This document shows, piece after piece, positions 16,389 to 25,964 of a stretch of 32,000 bases of DNA (position 1 is its first letter; each line of letters begins with the position of its first letter). The stretch comes from Candidatus Iainarchaeum sp. (GTDB lineage: Archaea > Iainarchaeota > Iainarchaeia > Iainarchaeales > JACQJH01), in the NCBI GenBank assembly GCA_016205145.1, contig JACQJH010000002.1:120001-152000 (forward strand), in the 5' to 3' direction. Made by a program: the position numbers and the translations under genes. The notes beneath the pieces are model-generated. The model searched no databases. It was not told the origin of the DNA and saw nothing but the letters and a program-made list of their open reading frames with translations.

Positions 16389-17540
16389 TTGCTGTTCGGT
16401 TATTTGCGGGTTTGGTTGGAACAAAAAATCGGCCCGAAAAGCGGATTTTACAAAGCAAAAAATTACGAAAACCATCCTGAGGCGAAACTTGTCCTCTCGG
16501 ATGGCACTGTTTTTTCAGGTTACAGCTTCGGCTCGGAAAAAAGCGTTGCCGGAGAGGTTGTCTTCAACACGGGCATGGTCGGCTATCCTGAATCCTTCAC
16601 CGACCCAAGCTACCTGGGCCAGATTCTAGTGCTGACGTATCCGATGGTCGGCAATTACGGCGTGCCGAAAAAAGAACAGGAAAACGGGTTTGACCGTCAA
16701 TTCGAGTCCGGCAGAATACAGATTTCCGGCCTGGTCGTAAGCGAATACTCGAAGAACGACCACCACTGGGATTCCTCGGAATCACTGCGCGAATGGCTTG
16801 TTGAAAACAATGTTCCTGCAATTTTTGGAATCGATACGCGCGAACTCACGAAAAAGCTGCGCGAAAAAGGCGTGATGCCCGGAAAAATAATCGTCGGAAA
16901 CAAGGATTTGGAATTTTTCGACCCGAACAGGGAAAATCTTGTGTCCCGCGCAGGCACCGACAGGCCGGTGGTTTACGGCAAGGGCGTGAAAAAGGTCCTG
17001 GCAATCGACTGCGGAATGAAAAACAACATCATCCGCTGTTTCCTCAGGCGCGGAGTGAAAATCATCCGCGTGCCTTGGAATTACGATTTTTTTGCGAACA
17101 AGGTTGACTTCGACGGCCTGTTCATTTCAAACGGCCCCGGCGACCCGAAAATGTGCGGGGCAACGATTGCAAACATAAAAGCGGCGCTTGAACGGGAGGT
17201 CCCGGCTTTCGGCATCTGCCTCGGCAACCAGCTCCTTGCACTTGCCGCAGGCGCCGACACCTACAAGCTGAAATACGGGCACAGGGGCCAGAACCAGCCG
17301 TGCCAGATGGTTGGAACCAAAAGGTGTTTCATCACTTCGCAGAACCACGGATTCGCGGTCAACGAAAAAACCCTGCCGAAAGCCTGGGAACCATGGTTCA
17401 GGAACGCGAACGATGCAACGAATGAAGGCATAAGGCACAAGTCAAAGCCGTTCATGTCGGTGCAGTTCCATCCGGAAGCGTTTCCAGGGCCGACTGACAC
17501 GGAATTCCTGTTCGACGAGTTTTTGGCGATGCTCAAATGA
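16389..17540 (+). CDS. carA: Carbamoyl-phosphate synthase small (glutaminase) subunit
   Basis: Motifs: LVLSDGTVFSGYSFG, VFNTGMVGYPESFTDPSYLGQILVLTYPMVGNYG, GICLGNQLLALAAG (catalytic Cys) and VQFHPEA. There is no in-frame ATG before the conserved core, so the start is a TTG at 16389, 16404 or 16416. Confidence 0.9.
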   Translation: MLFGYLRVWLEQKIGPKSGFYKAKNYENHPEAKLVLSDGTVFSGYSFGSEKSVAGEVVFNTGMVGYPESFTDPSYLGQILVLTYPMVGNYGVPKKEQENGFDRQFESGRIQISGLVVSEYSKNDHHWDSSESLREWLVENNVPAIFGIDTRELTKKLREKGVMPGKIIVGNKDLEFFDPNRENLVSRAGTDRPVVYGKGVKKVLAIDCGMKNNIIRCFLRRGVKIIRVPWNYDFFANKVDFDGLFISNGPGDPKMCGATIANIKAALEREVPAFGICLGNQLLALAAGADTYKLKYGHRGQNQPCQMVGTKRCFITSQNHGFAVNEKTLPKAWEPWFRNANDATNEGIRHKSKPFMSVQFHPEAFPGPTDTEFLFDEFLAMLK

Positions 17541-20500
17541 TCACCGGAGAAAGCGTGAAAAAAGTCCTCGTGCTCGGCTCCGGAGCATTGCGCATCGGCC
17601 AGGCCGGAGAATTCGACTACAGCGGAAGCCAATGCATAAAGGCGCTCAAGGAAGAGGGCATTGAAGCGATCGTGATTAACCCGAACATTGCGACTGTGCA
17701 GACTTCAAGGGATTTTGCGGACAAGGTTTATTTTCTTCCGATTACCCCGCATTTCGTGGAAAAGGTCATTGAAAAGGAAAAGCCTGATGCCATAATGCTT
17801 GCATTCGGCGGCCAGACGGCTTTGAACTGCGGCATAGCGCTTTCGGACGGCAGGGTGCTGGAAAAGCACGGGGTGAAAGTGCTCGGCACCCCTGTCGAGG
17901 CAATCCGCAAGACCGAGGACAGGGAACTGTTCAAAAAAGAGCTTGAGGGCATCGGCGTGAAAGTGCCGGAAAGCATTCCATGCACAAGCGAAAAAGAAGT
18001 GGAGAAAGCGGCGAAAAAAATCGGTTTTCCGGTCATACTGCGCGCCGCATTCACTTTGGGCGGCCAGGGCTCAGGCATGGCGTATGACCAAAAAAAGCTC
18101 GCAGAAATTTCAAAGGTCTCATTCTCATATTCGGACCAGGTCCTTGTAGAGGAATACCTTGCCGGGTGGAAGGAAATAGAATACGAGGTCGTAAGGGACA
18201 GGTTCGACAACTGCATAACAGTCTGCAACATGGAAAATTTCGACCCGCTTGGAATCCACACCGGCGAAAGCATTGTCGTTGCGCCCTCGCAGACCCTGAC
18301 AAACGCGGAATACCACAAGCTAAGGGAAATTTCCCTCAAAGTCATAAGGCATTTCGGCATTGTAGGCGAATGCAACATCCAGTTTGCGTTGGACCCCGGA
18401 TCCGAGGATTACCGCGTGATAGAGGTGAACGCGCGCCTGAGCAGGAGTTCCGCGCTTGCTTCTAAAGCGACGGGCTATCCGCTTGCGTTCATTGCCGCAA
18501 AGCTCGGCCTCGGCCATTGCCTGACGGAAATAAAAAATTCCATCACGAAAAAGACCATGGCGTGCTTCGAGCCCGCGCTCGACTACTGCGTTGTGAAAAT
18601 ACCGAGATGGGATTTGCAGAAATTTCCGCGCGTTTCAACCAACATCGGCTCGGAAATGAAATCAGTGGGAGAGGTCATGGCAATCGGCAGGAAATTCGAG
18701 GAAGCCCTGCAGAAAGCCGTGCGCATGCTTAACATCGGAATGTACGGCGTTGTCGGCAACAAGATGATTTTCGAAAGGGTTTCGCATTCCCTCAAAAACC
18801 CGACGGACAAGAGGCTGTTCGCCGTGATTTTCTCGCTCAGGCAGGGCTATTCCGTGGACAAAATCTATTCGCTGACCGGCATCGACAAATGGTTTTTGTT
18901 CAAGCTGGAAAACATTGTCGGCATGGAAGAGGAACTCCGCAAGTCGGGGCTTGAGGGCATTTCCGCGGAGGCAATGCTTAAGGCAAAACAGCTCGGCTTT
19001 TCCGACAAGCAGATTGCAATCATCACTGGAAAAGACGATGAGATTGTCGTGCGCAATGCGAGGAAAAAACTCTGCGTCCTTCCGGGCATAAAGCAGATTG
19101 ACACTCTCGCGGCGGAATTCCCCGCCGAAACCAACTACCTTTACTCGACTTACAACGGGAACGCTGATGACATAAAATTCGACAGCCGCAACTCGGTGAT
19201 AGTGCTGGGCTCCGGCGCCTACAGCATCGGCTCAAGCGTGGAGTTCGACTGGTGCTGCGTTTCAAGCATCCGGAACCTCAAAAAGCTCGGGTACTCGACA
19301 ACAATCATAAACTTCAACCCGGAAACGGTTAGCACAGACTACGACATCTGCGACAGGCTCTATTTTGAGGAATTGAGCCTTGAACGCGTCCTGGACATTT
19401 ACGAAAAAGAGAAACCGCTTGGCATAATCGTTTCCATGGGCGGCCAGATTCCCAACAATCTTGCGAAAAAACTGGCGGAAAACGGAGTCAACGTTTTGGG
19501 CACTCCGACTGAAAAAATCGACAACGCGGAAGACAGGCACAAGTTTTCGAGCCTGTGCGACGAACTCGGCATAGACCAGCCCGAATGGGAGGAACTGACG
19601 CGGGAGGAAGAGGCGCTTGCGTTTTCAAAAAAAGCCGGCTTTCCAGTGCTTGTTCGCCCCTCATATGTGCTGAGCGGCGCGGCAATGTCGGTTGCGTTCA
19701 ACGAGGCCGACCTCAAGGAATACCTGGAAAAGGCCACTTCACTGTCATCAGAATATCCTGTTGTAATAAGCAAGTTCATCCTCAATGCGCGGGAAATAGA
19801 GGTCGATGCGGTCGCAAAAAACGGCAGGCTGCTTGCAACCGCCATAACCGAGCACGTCGAAAACGCGGGCACCCACTCCGGCGATGCAACGATTGTCATG
19901 CCGCCGCAGAAAACCTACATTGAAACCATCAGGCAGGCAAAGCAGATCGCCCAAAGGATTGCCGAAGCCTTGCAGATAACCGGGCCATTCAATATCCAGT
20001 TCATAGCCAAAAACAACAAGGTGCGGGTAATAGAATGCAACCTGCGCGCCTCGCGCTCGTTTCCCTTCGTTTCAAAGGTGTCCGGCACGGACTTTGCGGG
20101 ATTGGCGGCAACAGCCATAATGAAAAGCAATGTCCTTCCATTACAGCAATCGCTTTTGGAACTGGACCATGTCGGAGTCAAGGCGGCACAGTTCTCCTTC
20201 TCGAGGCTGAAAGGCGCCGATCCCATTTCCGGAGTAGAAATGGCTTCGACCGGCGAAGTCGGCTGCCTGGGAAAGGATTTGGATGATGCCTTGCTGAAGG
20301 CAATGCTTTCAACCGGCCAGAAAATTCCCGAAAAAAGCATTCTTGTCAGCGTGAGCGGCGACGAAAACAGGTTCAAGCTCCTGGATTCGCTTAAAGCACT
20401 GCTCAAAAAGCGCGCGTACCGGGTTTACGCAACCGACAACACCGCGAAATTCCTCAAAAACGAGGGCATAGAATGCAAGATGCTGCACAAGGTGCAGGAA

Positions 20501-20743
20501 AAGAAAAAGCCCAACGTCAAAGACTACCTGTCGGAAAAAAAGATTGACATGGTAATAAACGTTCCGGACAACTCCAAAAAAATCGATTCGACTGGCGGAG
20601 CCTACCTGTTGAGGCGCGCAACCGTTGATTTCAACGTTCCGCTCATAACAAACCTGCAGATCGCAAAGCAGTTCATCGACGCAATCGCAAAAATGGACCT
20701 GGAAGACATTGAAATAAAAAGCTGGGACGAATACGTGAGATAA
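17537..20743 (+). CDS. carB: Carbamoyl-phosphate synthase large subunit
   Basis: 1068 aa with duplicated ATP-grasp halves (KVLVLGSGALRIGQAGEFDYSG and VIVLGSGAYSIGSSVEFDW) and a C-terminal MGS-like domain. ATGA overlap with the carA stop. Confidence 0.95.
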   Translation: MITGESVKKVLVLGSGALRIGQAGEFDYSGSQCIKALKEEGIEAIVINPNIATVQTSRDFADKVYFLPITPHFVEKVIEKEKPDAIMLAFGGQTALNCGIALSDGRVLEKHGVKVLGTPVEAIRKTEDRELFKKELEGIGVKVPESIPCTSEKEVEKAAKKIGFPVILRAAFTLGGQGSGMAYDQKKLAEISKVSFSYSDQVLVEEYLAGWKEIEYEVVRDRFDNCITVCNMENFDPLGIHTGESIVVAPSQTLTNAEYHKLREISLKVIRHFGIVGECNIQFALDPGSEDYRVIEVNARLSRSSALASKATGYPLAFIAAKLGLGHCLTEIKNSITKKTMACFEPALDYCVVKIPRWDLQKFPRVSTNIGSEMKSVGEVMAIGRKFEEALQKAVRMLNIGMYGVVGNKMIFERVSHSLKNPTDKRLFAVIFSLRQGYSVDKIYSLTGIDKWFLFKLENIVGMEEELRKSGLEGISAEAMLKAKQLGFSDKQIAIITGKDDEIVVRNARKKLCVLPGIKQIDTLAAEFPAETNYLYSTYNGNADDIKFDSRNSVIVLGSGAYSIGSSVEFDWCCVSSIRNLKKLGYSTTIINFNPETVSTDYDICDRLYFEELSLERVLDIYEKEKPLGIIVSMGGQIPNNLAKKLAENGVNVLGTPTEKIDNAEDRHKFSSLCDELGIDQPEWEELTREEEALAFSKKAGFPVLVRPSYVLSGAAMSVAFNEADLKEYLEKATSLSSEYPVVISKFILNAREIEVDAVAKNGRLLATAITEHVENAGTHSGDATIVMPPQKTYIETIRQAKQIAQRIAEALQITGPFNIQFIAKNNKVRVIECNLRASRSFPFVSKVSGTDFAGLAATAIMKSNVLPLQQSLLELDHVGVKAAQFSFSRLKGADPISGVEMASTGEVGCLGKDLDDALLKAMLSTGQKIPEKSILVSVSGDENRFKLLDSLKALLKKRAYRVYATDNTAKFLKNEGIECKMLHKVQEKKKPNVKDYLSEKKIDMVINVPDNSKKIDSTGGAYLLRRATVDFNVPLITNLQIAKQFIDAIAKMDLEDIEIKSWDEYVR

Positions 20744-20779
20744 AAAAAAGGAATACCTCGAAAAAGAAGATTGCGCGCT

Positions 20780-21202
20780 TTATTCTTCAACCACAAGTTT
20801 TCCGGTCATTTCCTTGTGCCCTTCGCCGCAGAAAACGTTGCAGTGGAACTCGAATGTTCCTGTCTTGCTTGCGACAAATTCAACAGTGACTGTTTCACCC
20901 GCAGGAATGGTCTTGTCCACGCCGAACTCCGGAATCGCGATGCCGTGCTCTACGTCCTTGCTGGTGATTTTCAGCCTGACAGTGTCGCCCTTTTTGACGG
21001 TTATAGTGCCGGGCACGAATTCAAACTGCTTTGCCACAACGTCAAATGATTTGACTTCCCCGGTTTTTGCCGTGGAACCGTTGCCGCTCGAAGCGGAACC
21101 GCCTGTTTGCTGGTTGGACTGCGATTGCTGGGCGCAGCCTAAAAGCAGTAAAACGGAAACAAGGAGGACCGGAACAAAAATTGCCCCGAAAGATTTCGCC
21201 AT
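20780..21202 (-). CDS. Cupredoxin lipoprotein with a CuA-type (COX subunit II-like) metal site
   Basis: Signal peptide plus lipobox VLLLLGC and a Gln/Ser/Gly linker. DVEHGIAIPEFGVDKTIPAG...FHCNVFCGEGHKEM contains H-x34-C-x3-C-x3-H-x2-M (His and first Cys 35 positions apart), the CuA ligand spacing of oxidase subunit II. The two N-terminal TM helices of COX II are absent. Confidence 0.75.
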   Translation of the reverse strand: MAKSFGAIFVPVLLVSVLLLLGCAQQSQSNQQTGGSASSGNGSTAKTGEVKSFDVVAKQFEFVPGTITVKKGDTVRLKITSKDVEHGIAIPEFGVDKTIPAGETVTVEFVASKTGTFEFHCNVFCGEGHKEMTGKLVVEE

Positions 21203-21223
21203 GAAACAAACTTATGATTATCC

Positions 21224-21233
21224 GCTTTTTAAG
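21224..21233 (-). promoter_or_regulatory. TATA box (CTTAAAAAGC on the - strand)
   Basis: Centre at 21228.5, 26.5 nt upstream of the ATG at 21202, so the cupredoxin gene has its own leaderless promoter. Confidence 0.5.
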
Positions 21234-21245
21234 ATTTTCCCCAAA

Positions 21246-22808
21246 TCAGAAAACCGAATGCCTTGCAACCGGCGCGGTGTTCGGATAATCTGAACGGTAA
21301 TGCGTTCCCCTGCTTTCCCTGCGCTTCAATGCGCATGACACGATGGCATTGCACGCAAAAGCCATGTTATGGAATTCAGCTTCCTTTTCGGTTTGCGCGC
21401 AGAAAAACCCTTTTTGCAAAGCCGCGATTTCCGAAAGCAGGCTCTTGAGGCCGGGTTCATTGCGCACGATTCCGCAGCCAAGCCACATCGCATTGCGCAA
21501 TTGCAAAATCTTTTCCGAAACCACGCTATTATCCGCATTTGCGGAAGCTTTTTTCGCTGGCACGTTTTTCTGCGCGCCAGGCTTTTTGGTTTTTTCCCTG
21601 CACGCCGAAACCGCTGCGCGCTTTCCGAAAACAATTGTTTCCATAAGGGAATTTGACGCAAGCCTGTTCGCGCCATGCAGGCCTGTGCACGAAGCTTCCC
21701 CGGCAACGAACAGGCCTTGAAGGTTTGTCCTGCCATCGACATCGCTTTTGATTCCGCCGATCGAATAATGCGCCGCCGGCTCTACTGGAATCATGCCTCC
21801 GGACAGGCGAAAGCCGCGTTCCTTTAAGCCTGCTGAAATGGACGGGAACTTTGCGGCAAAATCCGGAATTCCGGAAACGTCGAGAAAAACCTTTTCGCCT
21901 TTGGAAATTTGTTCAAAGATTTTTCTCGCCACCACGTCGCGCGGCGCAAGCTCCTTGCCCGGCAGGTTTTCCAGGAACCTTTCGCCTTTCGAGTTCACAA
22001 GCAAAGCGCCTTCCCCGCGCACGCGCTCGCTCACCAAAAACATGCCGTCGCCTGCACGGAACGCGGTCGGATGGAATTGCTCGAACTCCATGTCCTGAAG
22101 CCTTGCACCGGCCCTCCGCGCAATCGCGCACGCCTCGCCGGCGTTCTCGGAAAAATTCGTTGAATTGGAAAAAACCGACGAATACCCGCCGGAGGCAATG
22201 ATGATTGCATTTGCCAGCACAATTGTTTGTTTACCATTTTCAGACAAAAGCGCGCCGGAAACGCCTTTTTGCCCGAGCAGTTCAAGCAGGTGAAAGTTTT
22301 TGCGAACCTCAACATTCGGCCGTTCCTTCACAAGGCTCAAAAAAAACCGCGTAAGGCTTTTTCCGGTTGCGTCGCCGCCGATGTGCAAAACCCTGTTCTG
22401 TGAATGCGCCGCCTCCAAGCCGAGGGCGATTTCGCCTGAAAGGGATTTGTCGAATTCAAGGCCCATGCCGATAAGTTCCTCCATTGCGCCTTTGCCTTCT
22501 TTTGCGAGGATTTGCACGGCTTTTTTGTCGGACAGGCCATAGCCGACGCGGATTGTATCGGAAGCAAGCTTTTCAGGCGAATCGTTTTGAGAGAACGCGC
22601 ATGCAATTCCGCCCTGCGCCTTGAACGAACTGCTTTTTTCAGGCAGGGTCTTTGCCGCCACGATAATCTTTTCTTCCGGAGCAATCCTTGAAGCGTGAAA
22701 CGCTGCTGACAGGCCGGCCAGGCCGCTGCCCGCAATCAACAGGCCTGCTTTTTCTTTTTGCAGCCGCTTTGAGTCAAACGTGCAGGCAAACCTTTTCACG
22801 ATGGGCAT
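21246..22808 (-). CDS. nadB: L-aspartate oxidase
   Basis: FAD motif LIAGSGLAGLSAA. Other motifs: QGGIACA, FEQFHPTAF, RGEGALLVN and HYSIGGIKSDVDGRTNLQGLFVAGEASCTGLHGANRLASNSL. About 520 aa. ATG at 22808; the track start at 22817 is GTG. Confidence 0.85.
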   Translation of the reverse strand: MPIVKRFACTFDSKRLQKEKAGLLIAGSGLAGLSAAFHASRIAPEEKIIVAAKTLPEKSSSFKAQGGIACAFSQNDSPEKLASDTIRVGYGLSDKKAVQILAKEGKGAMEELIGMGLEFDKSLSGEIALGLEAAHSQNRVLHIGGDATGKSLTRFFLSLVKERPNVEVRKNFHLLELLGQKGVSGALLSENGKQTIVLANAIIIASGGYSSVFSNSTNFSENAGEACAIARRAGARLQDMEFEQFHPTAFRAGDGMFLVSERVRGEGALLVNSKGERFLENLPGKELAPRDVVARKIFEQISKGEKVFLDVSGIPDFAAKFPSISAGLKERGFRLSGGMIPVEPAAHYSIGGIKSDVDGRTNLQGLFVAGEASCTGLHGANRLASNSLMETIVFGKRAAVSACREKTKKPGAQKNVPAKKASANADNSVVSEKILQLRNAMWLGCGIVRNEPGLKSLLSEIAALQKGFFCAQTEKEAEFHNMAFACNAIVSCALKRRESRGTHYRSDYPNTAPVARHSVF

Positions 22809-22861
22809 AGAAAACACTGCATATTTCCAAAAAAATCAAGGAATTCACGATCAAAGCCTGT

Positions 22862-23935
22862 TCACAGTTCAATCAATTCCGCAGGCGCTTTGCTTAAGGC
22901 TTTGCAGCCGCGGCCGGACACGACAACGTCATCCTCTATCCTCACGCCGCCGCCATTCCAATAGTGTCCGGGTTCGACAGTCAAAACCATTGCATTCCGC
23001 AAAACGTCTTTCGAGTTGGCGAGAAAGCCGGAGGGCGAATCGTGCACTTCAATGCCGAGGCCGTGCCCCAGGCCGTGTTGCATGCCCTTTCCCAGATGTT
23101 CCTTCAAAAAGTTGTCGGCCTGCAGAAAGATGTCTTTTGCCTTGGCGCCTTCGCGTATCAGCTGTTGTGAAAGGGTTTTTGCCTCAAAAACCGTTTCATA
23201 AATCTCCTTGCCCTTCGTGTCTGCCCGGCCTGCAAAGAAAGTGCGCGAAAGGTCGGCGCAATAGTTCCTGTATTTGCCGCCGAAGTCAACCAGCAGGAAC
23301 CCGTTTCCGATTTTTTTCGCCTGCGGAACGTAATGCGGAACGGACGCGCCTTTTCCCGAGGCAACGATTGTGTTGAAGGCCAGGCCTTCGGCGCCGCCGG
23401 CGAAGAGTTCCGACTCGATTTTTTCCGCGAGCTGTTTTTCGGTCATGCCGGGCCTGAAAAAATCCGGGATTGCGTCCGCGGCTTTTTCCGAGATTTTCAC
23501 GGCTTTCGCCACAAGCCTGATTTCGTGCGCGGTTTTTGTCTCGCGCACTTTTTCAAGCTGTTCCGAAACATCCACGAATTTTTTTCCTTTCAGGCCGCGC
23601 TTCAGCATGCCAAGATAGTTCACGCTGACCGTGTCGGCATTGAATCCGATTTTTTTCGCGGGCGCGGCTTTTTTCAGCACGGAGAAGAATTTTTCCCGGC
23701 CCTCTATTTTTTTGACTGTGATTCCATGCGCCTTCCGCAGCTGCCCGAAATCAAGGACGTTTGTGAAGACTGCCGGCCTGGAACCGGAATTCAAAACCAT
23801 GAAGGCGCTTTCCGCCATGTTTTCCGGCAGGCCGGAAAAATACGTGAAATTGGGGTCCTTTGAATTGGAGCCGCGCCTCAGGAAAACCGCTTTTGCGCCG
23901 GAAATGCGGAAAAGCTCTGCGATTTTTTCCTTCAA
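22862..23935 (-). CDS. M24B family Xaa-Pro peptidase (creatinase-N plus pita-bread domain)
   Basis: Motifs: HGLGHGLGIEVHDSP, VLTVEPGHY and VRIEDDVVV. The TTG start at 23935 directly abuts the upstream gene's TGA (23936-23938). Confidence 0.85.
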   Translation of the reverse strand: MKEKIAELFRISGAKAVFLRRGSNSKDPNFTYFSGLPENMAESAFMVLNSGSRPAVFTNVLDFGQLRKAHGITVKKIEGREKFFSVLKKAAPAKKIGFNADTVSVNYLGMLKRGLKGKKFVDVSEQLEKVRETKTAHEIRLVAKAVKISEKAADAIPDFFRPGMTEKQLAEKIESELFAGGAEGLAFNTIVASGKGASVPHYVPQAKKIGNGFLLVDFGGKYRNYCADLSRTFFAGRADTKGKEIYETVFEAKTLSQQLIREGAKAKDIFLQADNFLKEHLGKGMQHGLGHGLGIEVHDSPSGFLANSKDVLRNAMVLTVEPGHYWNGGGVRIEDDVVVSGRGCKALSKAPAELIEL

Positions 23936-25687
23936 TCAGACCACAAACTTCCCGTTTCTGAGAATGAACCGCTTTCTGCCTTCTTTGTCGACGCCGAAAA
24001 TGTCCATCTTCTGGCGGGGCGCGTTTATGACGATGTCGCAATGGTAGACAGTTTCGCGTTTCGGCTCAAAACCTGAGCCGAGGGCTATGTGCATCATGTT
24101 TGCCATCTTTTCCATTTCGATGAGGTAACGGCCGTGCCCGGCTTTCGGGTTCGTGTTGATTGCGAATTCGCCGACGCGGTCAAAGTTCTGCCGCATGGAC
24201 TTGACAACTTCCGCGGGAAGGCTCTTGTGCTTCGCTTTTTCCCCCAAAACCTTCAAGGCGTCCTTTTTGCGCTTTTCAAATTTTTGCAGCAGAACCCTGT
24301 CGCCTTTCAGCATCGCATAGCGGCCGTTTTTGACCTGAACCACGAGCGGATTGCTTTTCGGGATCCTGTAACTCTGGTCTATGTTGATTATTTCGTCGCC
24401 GACGAATGTTCCATCCATTTTGTACGGCGTGAAAAATGTTTCCCCGCCGGGAAAGTTCGCAAATTCGCCTGCCCTGACTCCAAAACGCCGGAAGGCTTCC
24501 TTGAAAATTTTCGACGTCACGTCGGAATCCGATTCCCAGATTATGACATTGGCTTTCCTCACGGAATCCATGTCGACTACAAGGTCTGTTTTAACGCCGT
24601 TAATTTCCCTGCCCCGCACGAAAATCTTCGAAGATGCGTCAAGCACGGATTTTATGAAAAGATTTTTTTTGTGCATCTGCGCATAGCTTATGTTGCAGGT
24701 GCGGATGAAATTGTCGATCGGCAGGGTTTCGGTTATGGCATAGCGCGTCTTCGGCATTCTCGTGTCATGCCTTGTCTGCACGTTCCACCATGGCTTCAGG
24801 AACATCTGGCCGGGCGCACTCCAGCGGCTTTTCCGGTTCGGCGTCGGATACCCGACATACGTGCCGAAAAAATGCTTGCCGGGATAGCCCTTGCCGTGGA
24901 TTCCGAAGCTCGCATCGGATGGCTTGAGCCTTTGCGAGCCGATGAATTGGGATAGCCGCCTGAATTTCCTGAAAACCGGTTCGCCGATGTTTTTCGAGTA
25001 TTCGCAGCCGGCAAGGGTTGTCTTCAAGTCCGCGCACGCCACAAGCGGTTCAAGCTGGGTTTTCCTGTTCGTGCCGGCAGCAAGGCCCGGCTTTGCGCCC
25101 AAAGCCTTCGCTTTCAATGCCATTGCGTGCGCCATAGCAAAATTGTCAAGGTAATCCTCCAGCGGCAGTTCAAGCCTTTTCGCGGAAGGAATGCATTCGA
25201 AGCCGATTGAAAATTTTTCACCTTTTTTCAATGCAAAACCGCTTTGCAGTATGCGGCCGCAGGTTTCCAGCAGTTCCCTGCCCCGGTATTCTTTGAACCA
25301 GCCCGGCTTGAACGCGATTTTTTTGCCGTTCCACGAAAAACCGTTTTTTTCCGCGCACAGGATTATTTCCGGCCTGCGGAAAATTGCGGAAAAACCCTTC
25401 ACTTTCGCCTTCTTGTCCACTTCCGCAATGAATTCGCGCAATTCTTTTGCGCCGCCGGCTTTTTCGCCAGCCTTCGCCTTTTCAAACAGTCCCCAGGTTT
25501 TTTCCATGACGGGCATTGACTCGGATTTGCCGTCCGAAACCCACATTTCAAAATCGGCTTCTGCGTTGTCCGCGGCCCTGCTAAGCGGGGCGCACGAAAA
25601 AAAGGCATCGGAATCTTTTATGTCTGACAGCAGGACAAGCACGCTTTTGCCCTTCAAAAGCGGCAAAGCACCGGAATAATGCGCCAC
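23936..25687 (-). CDS. M29 (aminopeptidase T/PepS-like) metallopeptidase with an unusually long N-terminal region
   Basis: The C-terminal ~220 aa carry M29-like motifs: FANFPGGETFFTP, RVGEFAINTNP, LIEMEKMANMMHIALGSGF and VYHCDIVI. Total length is 583 aa, against about 360-410 as I recall for the family. GTG start at 25687. Confidence 0.6.
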   Translation of the reverse strand: MAHYSGALPLLKGKSVLVLLSDIKDSDAFFSCAPLSRAADNAEADFEMWVSDGKSESMPVMEKTWGLFEKAKAGEKAGGAKELREFIAEVDKKAKVKGFSAIFRRPEIILCAEKNGFSWNGKKIAFKPGWFKEYRGRELLETCGRILQSGFALKKGEKFSIGFECIPSAKRLELPLEDYLDNFAMAHAMALKAKALGAKPGLAAGTNRKTQLEPLVACADLKTTLAGCEYSKNIGEPVFRKFRRLSQFIGSQRLKPSDASFGIHGKGYPGKHFFGTYVGYPTPNRKSRWSAPGQMFLKPWWNVQTRHDTRMPKTRYAITETLPIDNFIRTCNISYAQMHKKNLFIKSVLDASSKIFVRGREINGVKTDLVVDMDSVRKANVIIWESDSDVTSKIFKEAFRRFGVRAGEFANFPGGETFFTPYKMDGTFVGDEIINIDQSYRIPKSNPLVVQVKNGRYAMLKGDRVLLQKFEKRKKDALKVLGEKAKHKSLPAEVVKSMRQNFDRVGEFAINTNPKAGHGRYLIEMEKMANMMHIALGSGFEPKRETVYHCDIVINAPRQKMDIFGVDKEGRKRFILRNGKFVV

Positions 25688-25726
25688 GGCCTCCGAAAAA
25701 GCCCTGCTGCCATACTTGATGGAAAA

Positions 25727-25903
25727 TCACTTCCCCAGAATGTCAATCTTGACTATCAGCATGCCGGTCTTCTCGTTCTCGAAAATGCGCGCATGCTCGG
25801 GCAGGTCGACGCTTTCCTCGGGCTTTTTCGAAAAATAGTAGAGGTTGCCGCGCCTGTGCAGGTAATAGGTTATGCCCTTGCTGTTGACGTGCGCGTATCC
25901 CAT
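25727..25903 (-). CDS. Small conserved-looking hypothetical protein (58 aa)
   Basis: ATG at 25903: MGYAHVNSKGITYYLHRRGNLYYFSKKPEESVDLPEHARIFENEKTGMLIVKIDILGK. First gene of the peptidase operon. The longer forms (TTG 25972 or 26050) add a TM helix but overlap the divergent DHH gene. Confidence 0.45.
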   Translation of the reverse strand: MGYAHVNSKGITYYLHRRGNLYYFSKKPEESVDLPEHARIFENEKTGMLIVKIDILGK

Positions 25904-25933
25904 TCCAGCACCGTAAGCTAATAAAGTAATAAC

Positions 25934-25945
25934 AATTAAAACACT
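25934..25945. promoter_or_regulatory. AT-rich TATA-like box shared by divergent genes
   Basis: CAATTAAAACAC. The centre is about 26 nt upstream of the DHH ATG (25965) and about 35 nt from the - strand ATG at 25903. Confidence 0.4.
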
Positions 25946-25964
25946 AATCCCGCAAATAAGGTTT

